DNA from: Eledone cirrhosa
Lineage: Eukaryota
Direction: 5' to 3'
NCBI GenBank assembly: GCA_964016885.1
Contig: OZ024754.1
Location: 12,710,001-12,774,000 of the forward strand
Length of the DNA: 64,000 nt
The notes below the pieces were generated by a model. It ran no database searches and was not told the origin of the DNA. It saw only the letters and a program-made list of their open reading frames with translations. Positions within the stretch are counted from its first letter, which is position 1; each line of letters opens with the position of its first letter. Positions 56,146 to 64,000 of the stretch are shown here, in pieces. Made by a program: the position numbers and the translations under genes.

Positions 56146-57049
56146 GGGCTCATTTTGGATTAAATAATACTTCAAAGATATATAGTATTTCAAGGAGAGA
56201 TCAGTAATTTGGGAAAATGTTTATGATTAAAATGGGAAAGTAAGAACATCTTCATAACAAAGAAGATTTTCACCCTTTAATTCTTTACTTCTCTTCTGCC
56301 CTTATTGCTTCTTTCTTTCTTTCTTCCTACCCTTATTGCTTTCTCCTTTCTATCTTCTCATTCTTCTTTTCTATATACCTTAATATTGATTCCATTTTAT
56401 TTTAGGTCTTCATTATAGGGGATAGCTTTTATCTTCCCTTGCAACAAATAAAATATTAATAAGGGAATATGCAGGTGTATATATATATATGCATGCTTGT
56501 ATATTGTATATATATATATATACATATATACATGCATGCTTGTATATATATACATATATACATGCTTGTATATATATACATATATACATGCATGCTTGTA
56601 TATATATATATATATGAATATGTTTTGTATATATATATGCATTATGGTGTATGTGTGTATGTATGAACATATAATTGTTTGAGAGTATGTGTCAGTTTAC
56701 ATACATATATATACAATCACACATATTCATACAAAAATGTTTGTATTAATAAGCTCTCCCTATACACACTCACACACATACATATATATATATATACATA
56801 AATTCATACACGTGTATATATATGTGTGGGTGTGTATGTGTATATTTATATACATCATCATCATCATGATCATCATTTTACGTCCGCTTTTCCCTGCTTG
56901 CAAGGGTATACATATATATATATATATATATATACATACATAAAGTAGGGATAACAGCATTAAATGATTTGATGATACAAACACACATATATATACATAT
57001 ATTCACAATAAATATATGTACATTATATATATATTGTACATATATTTAT

Positions 57050-57475
57050 AAGCATTGGCCTTTCAATCGAAAGGTTGTGAGTTCAATTCTCAGACCGAGT
57101 GATGTGTTGTTTCCTTGAGCAAGACACTTTATTTCACATTGCTCCAGTTTACTCAGTTGTAGAAATGAGATGATAGAGACTGGGGTCCTTATCATTCCAC
57201 TGCAAAGTGGTCGTGGAGGTGCCACGGCAAAAAAGCACCCAGCACTCACTGTAAAGTGGTCGTGGAGGTGCCATGGCAAAAAAAGCACCCAGCACTCACT
57301 GTAAATGAGGTTGGTGTTAGGAAGGGTATCCAGCTGTAGAAATCAAGCCAGAATCAGTTCCCGTCCCACCCTTGCAAGCAGGGAAAAAGCGGACGTAAAA
57401 GGATGATGATGATGATGATTTATTATACGGGAACTGATTCTGGCTTGATTTCTACAGCTGGATGCCCTTCCTAAT
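57050..57475 (+). mobile_element. SINE family B plus short inverted copy of its own interior (57428-57475)
   Basis: acgggaactgattctggcttgatttctacagctggatgcccttcctaa is the reverse complement of about 57317-57364. Confidence 0.88.
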
Positions 57476-57540
57476 ATATATATATACATATATATATTAA
57501 TTCAAAATATTAACAAAATAGATATTCTTGTGATCAAGTA

Positions 57541-57607
57541 TATTTTATTATACATATTTCAGAGGTACTGAGTTAAGTTCAACAGTACGTCCTCATCAGA
57601 TAAAATA
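57541..57607 (-). ncRNA. Type I minimal hammerhead ribozyme
   Basis: reverse: TATTTTAT-CTGATGA-ggacgtactg..cagtacctct-GAAA-TATGTA-TA-ATAAAATA. Confidence 0.87.
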
Positions 57608-57803
57608 AGATGATGCATGACATACCCTTGCATAGTAGATGGTTAAGATTCAGTCATGGTAGTGATTAATATGACAAAACTCAATATTTATACCCTAATA
57701 TTGATATATATATATATATATATAATTAAATAGATCTGTACTATACATAGAACACTCTTCCTTCCTTTACCTTTTTGATGGAAATACTTCATATATATAT
57801 ATA

Positions 57804-58145
57804 TCATCATCATCATCACCGTTTTACGTCCATTCTTCCACGCTAGCATGGGTTAGACGGGTTGTCCTGTTGTGGGTAGTGTCTGGTCAGCTGACCATGC
57901 CTTGCTGATACAGGAACTGATTCTGGCTTGATTTCTACAGCTGGATGCCCTTCCTAACACCAACCTCATTTACAGTGAGTGCTGGGTGCTTTTTCCTTGG
58001 CACCTACACGACCACTTTGCAGTGGGAGGGTGTGGGCGCATATTGTCTATATGCTTCAGCTTGTACCCATGGGAGGTTGGGTCATTCTGTATTACTGCGT
58101 GGCGCCAGAGGTCACGGTTGTGTGTCATCGCCTTTGAGAGATGTA
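57804..58145 (-). mobile_element. RTE 3' end plus SINE-like module
   Basis: reverse match to 15485-15878. Confidence 0.88.
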
Positions 58146-58215
58146 ATATATATTTATATATATTTACATATATATATATTTATATATATATATATACACA
58201 CACACATATACATAT

Positions 58216-58523
58216 ATGTGTGTGAGAGGGATAGAATGTAGTGTACGGGAGAGGAGACTGAGGTGGTATGGACATGTGATGCGCATGGAGGATGACCGAT
58301 CGGTGAAGAAGTGCCAGGAATTGCCAGTTGAAGGAAGACGTGGTAGAGGTAGACCACGAAAAACATGGGCGGAGGTGGTGAGAACAGACCTCAGATCATT
58401 GAAGCTCACGGTGGAGATGACGAGGGACCGTGACGAGTGGAGAGATGCTGTGCTGAATAAGACCCGTCCCACCCTTGCAAGCAGGGAAAAGCGGACGTAA
58501 AATGATGATGATGATGATGATGA

Positions 58524-58526
<3 letters not shown>
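58216..58526 (+). pseudogene. 5'-truncated RTE LINE 3' end
   Basis: RERRLRWYGHVMRMED..GRGRPRKTW..DRDEWR; (tga)n tail. Confidence 0.92.
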
Positions 58527-58599
<73 letters not shown>

Positions 58600-58933
58600 T
58601 ATATATATACACACACATATACATATATATATAAATAAATAACTACATATCTACATCCATTCCTCTATATCCTCACAAATACAAATATGTGCACGTGCAC
58701 ATGTGCACACAATGTCACATGACATGGATGTGTTCTTCTACGTTTATATGAAGAAGATGTCTGTTGGTAAATACAGCGTTATCTCTGCAAAATGTTATCC
58801 ATACAGATGATTGAATTTTAATGAAATCAATTTTAATAATGCAAGGTTTGAAACTTTGATTAATTTCTTGTGATTTATTAAGCCCTGTGGTGTTTGTGTG
58901 TATTTATATATATATATATATATACATGGACTT

Positions 58934-58964
<31 letters not shown>

Positions 58965-59150
58965 AATATATATAAATAAATATATATATATATATACATA
59001 CATGCATACATATAGACATATATGTCTATATGTAAATATATATATATATATACGTGCATACATATACACATATATATCTATATGTAAATATCTATATATA
59101 TATATATCTATATATATATATATACGTGCATACATATACACATATATATC

Positions 59151-59187
<37 letters not shown>

Positions 59188-59271
59188 GCATACATATACA
59201 TATATATATCTATATGTAAATATATATATATATATATATACATGCATACATATACAATATATATCTATATG

Positions 59272-59318
<47 letters not shown>

Positions 59319-59388
59319 GCATACATATACACATATATATCTATATGTAAATATGTATATATATATATATATATATATACATGCATAC

Positions 59389-59423
<35 letters not shown>

Positions 59424-60402
59424 CATACATATAGATATATATATCTATATGTAAATATATATATATATATACATACATATACTCATTCTAGCATAGAAAA
59501 ATGGACGTTAAATGGAGGGAGATGATATATATATATAAATAATATATATATGTATAATATATATATATATATATATGTGTGTGTATATATAATGGGAGAG
59601 AAAGAGAGAGTGAAACAGTGATAGTTATATATATGTATATAGATAGATAATTGTCACTCACAGAAACACACGCACACATATATATATATATATATATGCA
59701 TACATACACACACATATACCACACATATACACATACGAGTGATATATATATGTATGTATACACATACAGATACACACACATATATATATGTATGTATACA
59801 TATACGCACTCACATATTACATATACATACACATATATACAGCTCTTTTATCTTACTGTGTAAACTGCATCACAGCAATATAGAAGCTGACATAAAATAA
59901 AAATCTTGTTAAAATACTTGTAAAGTGTATTTCATTTGAAAACATTTCACTAGAAATGAAGGGCTTAACCAATCCCAAACTGTTTCTGATTTAGCAATAA
60001 CTTTGTAATTTAACTTCTGCTGTTGCTTGAATCACTAGAAATTGCCGAGCTTCAGTTAGATCTTCTACTTTCACTAATATATCCCCGCTTCATCCCATCA
60101 TGTAGTGATGTACTTCTTTGATTCTTGGTCTTCCTAGTACCAGTACTGTACTCTATCACTATATATATATATATATGTTGAAAATTGCAAACTTGACTGT
60201 CACCACAGAATATTAACCTGAAGATTACGAAAGCATGAAAGTACTTGTTCAATTAACACTTAACATTTAATATTCTACCGTACTATTTCATTCTAATACC
60301 ATTATAAATTTTAAAGGATTGTAAATAAAAAGAGTAAATCAGACAAAGTTGGAATTCCTTTTATTAATATAATCTTCTATACACAATTATACACACCCGT
60401 GT

Positions 60403-60745
60403 ATCATCATCATCATCATCATCATATTACGTCCACTTTTCCCTGCTTGCAAGGGTGGGATGGGAACTGATTCTGGCTTGATTTTTACAGCTGGATGCCC
60501 TTCCTAACACCAACCTCATTTACAGTGAGTGCTGGGTGCTTTTTTGCCGTGGCACCTCCACGACCACTTTGCAGTGGAATGATAGGGACCCCAGTCCCTA
60601 TCATCTCATTTCTACAGCTGAGTAAACTGGAGCAATGTGAAATGAAGTGTCTTGCTCAAGGAAACAACACACCACCCGGTCTGAGAATTGAACTCACAAC
60701 CTTTCGATTGCAAGGCCAATGCTCTAACCACTAAGCCATGTGCCT
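60403..60745 (-). mobile_element. SINE family B
   Basis: matches 48162-48512; cactaagccatgtgcct duplicated at its head. Confidence 0.92.
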
Positions 60746-60760
60746 CACTAAGCCATGTGC

Positions 60761-60873
60761 CTAATGCTTTTAAAAAATAATTTTGAAATAGAGTGCTCGT
60801 GATGTTTGCTCTAATCTCATTACAGCTAACATCACGGGCGCTCTATCTCAAAATTATTTTTGAAAAGCATTAG
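60761..60873. repeat. Imperfect palindrome / fold-back element
   Basis: ctaatgcttttaaaaaataattttgaaatagagtgctcgtgatgtt and its reverse complement. Confidence 0.85.
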
Positions 60874-61028
60874 AAATGTGCAACCGGTAAAAACTTAAAA
60901 CTAAAACTGAATACTAACCAATACTTATTACTAATTTATACTTATTCCTAATTAAACTATTTTTCACTGGGAAAAATTTGTCAGCATTTTCTTTTCCTTT
61001 TACTACTATATCACAACTCGTGTGTTAC

Positions 61029-61094
<66 letters not shown>

Positions 61095-61476
61095 CATCAA
61101 ACCATATAACTCATTGTTTATATATATATATATATATCAAATTGTAATTGTTTGATGTATTTTATTTTATATATGTGTTATTCAACTTTTTTATTTTTAA
61201 TTTAATATAAATGTTCGGATTTACTACTTGGAATCTCTGAGCTTATTCCACAGGTTATATGGTGCATGCTTCTGATATTCTCAGACATGACATCTTTAAT
61301 CTAATTTTGATAGCATATATATATAAATTTGATTATGTGTTGGTTGGTTACCGAAACTTCAGTATGCAGGGTAGAGCATTCAAAGATGTACATGGGTGGG
61401 TCTGTTTACTCCGGAGTAATTTAAAAACAAGAAATGTAAGTCAACAGGTTAAAATTAACTTTGTTTATTCATATTC

Positions 61477-61535
61477 GCTGTTATATATATTTCGGTGATA
61501 ACCATTATTCAATAGCTATGACCTCATCAGACAGC
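61477..61535 (-). ncRNA. Type I minimal hammerhead ribozyme
   Basis: reverse: GCTGT-CTGATGA-ggtcatagctatt..aatggttatcacc-GAAA-TATATA-TA-ACAGC. Confidence 0.87.
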
Positions 61536-61699
61536 TTGAACTTAAACAGAAAAACATAATGATGGAACAAAGTTTAGCTCCGTTATTTCAGTCCTATGAT
61601 ATGCCCTGTCCCAAAGTATGGTGGCATATGATTTAGAATGAACGAATTCAAGCATCAGTAGAATTTACTTTCCTCTCATTGGTCAGATACAATCAATAC

Positions 61700-61965
61700 A
61701 TACTCAAAAGTGGACATGTAAAGGACACGTCAAAAAGCACTCAGCTGACACTGTAAAGTGGATGTGTAAAAAACACGACAAAAAGCACCCAGCCCACACT
61801 GTCAATATGGTTGGCGTTTGGAAGGGCATCCAGTTGTAGAAAACCAGCCAGAAATACCCCTATATGAGCGAGACAAGGTCACCCGACACAACTTGCCTCT
61901 AAATGGGAGCCATCTAACCCCTGCTAGTGTGGAAGATGACCATTAATCAATGATGATGATGAGGA
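61700..61965 (+). mobile_element. SINE-like module, monomeric relative of the 118-bp satellite locus
   Basis: aaaccagccagaaa..cctatatgagc..acaaggtcacccgac matches 2622-2670. Confidence 0.8.
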
Positions 61966-62934
61966 TATATATATATATATGTATATCTAATGTTTATGCC
62001 TGTACCTATATTTTTTGTCTTCATGTGTGCACATGTGTGTATCTTTCTATGTAAGTATGCTTGCGTATGGTGTACAGTTGTTTGTGTCTGACTGTGATAT
62101 AAGATGTCCTTCTTATTTCTACTCTTACAACCATAACCATCTCACACTAGAATAACTAAGAACAATGGCTAGGAAAATGCTTCCTTCTTATCGTTATGAC
62201 ACAGCCTTCACTCATTTAACTTTTGCAATTTTCTCTTTGTTTTCAGATGATGAACATTACTAAAAAATCAACAACAACAAAATTTACTCTCGCACAAAAT
62301 ACTCATATATATGGTCGTATGAATGCCAGGTTTTTGCATCTTTGTGATTGACCTAATCAAGGGAATAAAGTTTAGTTTATATCGATAACTGTATATACTG
62401 AGCCTGGCCCGCTTTAAAATCTTATAAGGTTTCATACTAGGTAGTCATGTTTGTGTCTATCTATGTTTACATACCTTTTTATCTTTAAGTATGAATCTCT
62501 GTTACATATCTATATCATTATTTATCTACTTACATACCTCTCTGTTTCATTAACTACCTACTGACCTTCATAACTAGCTACCTACTATGAATCTATCTAA
62601 ACTATGAATCAGTCTATTGACTGAACTAGTTATGTCTGTCTATGAAATCTACCTATTTTTGTATAAATATATTTAATTTATCTGTGATGGAAATGAATTC
62701 TACAGGACTAGCACTATTTCATTTATTTGAAATTGTTATGGACTTTTCTTATAAAGCAAATCTCTCTTTCTCTCTCTTGGGAAAGTGGACATTAAAGTGA
62801 CAATATATATATATATATAATATTTATACTCTGCTATGTATTGAGTACATTAATTACTGTGGTTACCCCCAATTGACTCCAGGATAAACTCTTTATATAT
62901 ATATATATATATATAAGCGAGGCAAGGTCACGGG

Positions 62935-63276
62935 AGGCACATGGTTTAGTGGTTAGAGCATTGGCCTTGCAATCGAAAGGTTGTGAGTTCAATTCTCAGA
63001 CCGGGTGATGTGTTGTTTCCTTGAGCAAGACACTTTATTTCACATTGCTCCAGTTTACTCAGCTGTAGAAATGAGATGATAGGGACTGGGGTCTCTATCA
63101 TTCCACTGCAAAGTGGTCGTGGAGGTGCCACGGCAAAAAAGCACCCAGCACTCGCTGTAAATGAGGTTAGTGTTAGGAAGGGCATCCAGCTGTAGAAATC
63201 AAGCCAGAATCAGTTCCCGTCCCACCCTTGCAAGCAGGGAAAAGCGGACGTAAAATGAAATGATGATGATGATGAT
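62935..63276 (+). mobile_element. SINE family B, full length
   Basis: tRNA-like head to (tga)n tail. Confidence 0.92.
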
Positions 63277-63874
63277 ATAACAGAAGTTTGATGAGCTTTT
63301 GATTCCAGAGTTGGGCTCAATCGATACAGTTCGAACCGCGAGCTGATCAATTGTGAAATGTGTATCACACCTCAATAAACATAATGAAAATTTAACGCCT
63401 CATCCATATCATTATTATATACATACATATATACATACATATATATATATATATATACACACACACATATATGTACATATACATATATATAAGTTAATGA
63501 AGTATTGTTTAATGCAATCTAAGTAGAGGCTATGAGTACTCTGTACCATGGATGACTCAAACGTTTGGCATTGTTTGACTCAACAAGAAGTTTACTTAGT
63601 TGCGGTGTTCAAGTGGCTGATTCCAGACAGTTCCTCGGTAAGTGGTTCCTGGAGTATTAATATATAGGAGTGAAGAATAACAGGGTTTATAGGGTTTATT
63701 TTGAGAATTTGGTTGGGTGTCACCTGTAATTAAAATCGAGTGCCATGGCATACAGCAGTAATGGTTTTTAGACACACTGGACTAATGAAACATTTCTTAA
63801 TACTTGGAATAAACCCTACTATATAGCCGATCCATGTTATTCTTCACTCCTTTATTATTAATATTATTATATAC

Positions 63875-64000
63875 AGTAATTCAGAAGACCCGCCTTACCT
63901 AAGTACAAAGTGAAACCTACTACAGTCAGTAGGCACCTCTAACAAAAATACACCCCCGTCCCACTACCCCCACCCCATCCACACCACCCCTTTCAATGTA
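63875..64000 (+). mobile_element. RTE ORF end plus start of 3' module (cut by window end)
   Basis: agaagacccgcctt..cagtaggcacctctaacaaaaatacacccc is the reverse match of 52885-52970. Confidence 0.75.

Noticed and set aside
60213-60252. Minimal hammerhead aac-CTGAAGA..GAAA-gtac-TT-gtt
   Set aside because: Stem II barely pairs and stem I is 3 bp; counted only as a degenerate candidate
62225-62340. Exon after pyrimidine tract tttctctttgttttcag
   Set aside because: No recognisable protein sequence or partner exon
62935-63005. tRNA gene
   Set aside because: tRNA-like head of a SINE; continues into SINE body and lacks a proper cloverleaf

Overview
Eukaryotic, AT-rich, repeat-saturated DNA, most likely from an octopus or related cephalopod (inferred from the SINE families and dense microsatellites). 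No host gene can be supported; almost all long ORFs are microsatellite artefacts. Recognisable content: tRNA-derived SINEs, RTE and CR1-like LINE fragments, a decayed Penelope-like element (RT + GIY-YIG, about 27125-28305), several MITEs and SINE-derived tandem arrays (118 bp and 48-49 bp units). The main hidden signal is RNA structure. About ten type I hammerhead ribozyme motifs that look intact, plus several degenerate or half copies, occur in at least six unrelated sequence contexts, mostly inside (TA)n tracts and often on both arms of long palindromes. Two families carry a compensatory U3-A8 core (UUGAGAA) instead of CUGANGA. All folding was done by eye; repeat boundaries are approximate and ribozyme activity is untested.
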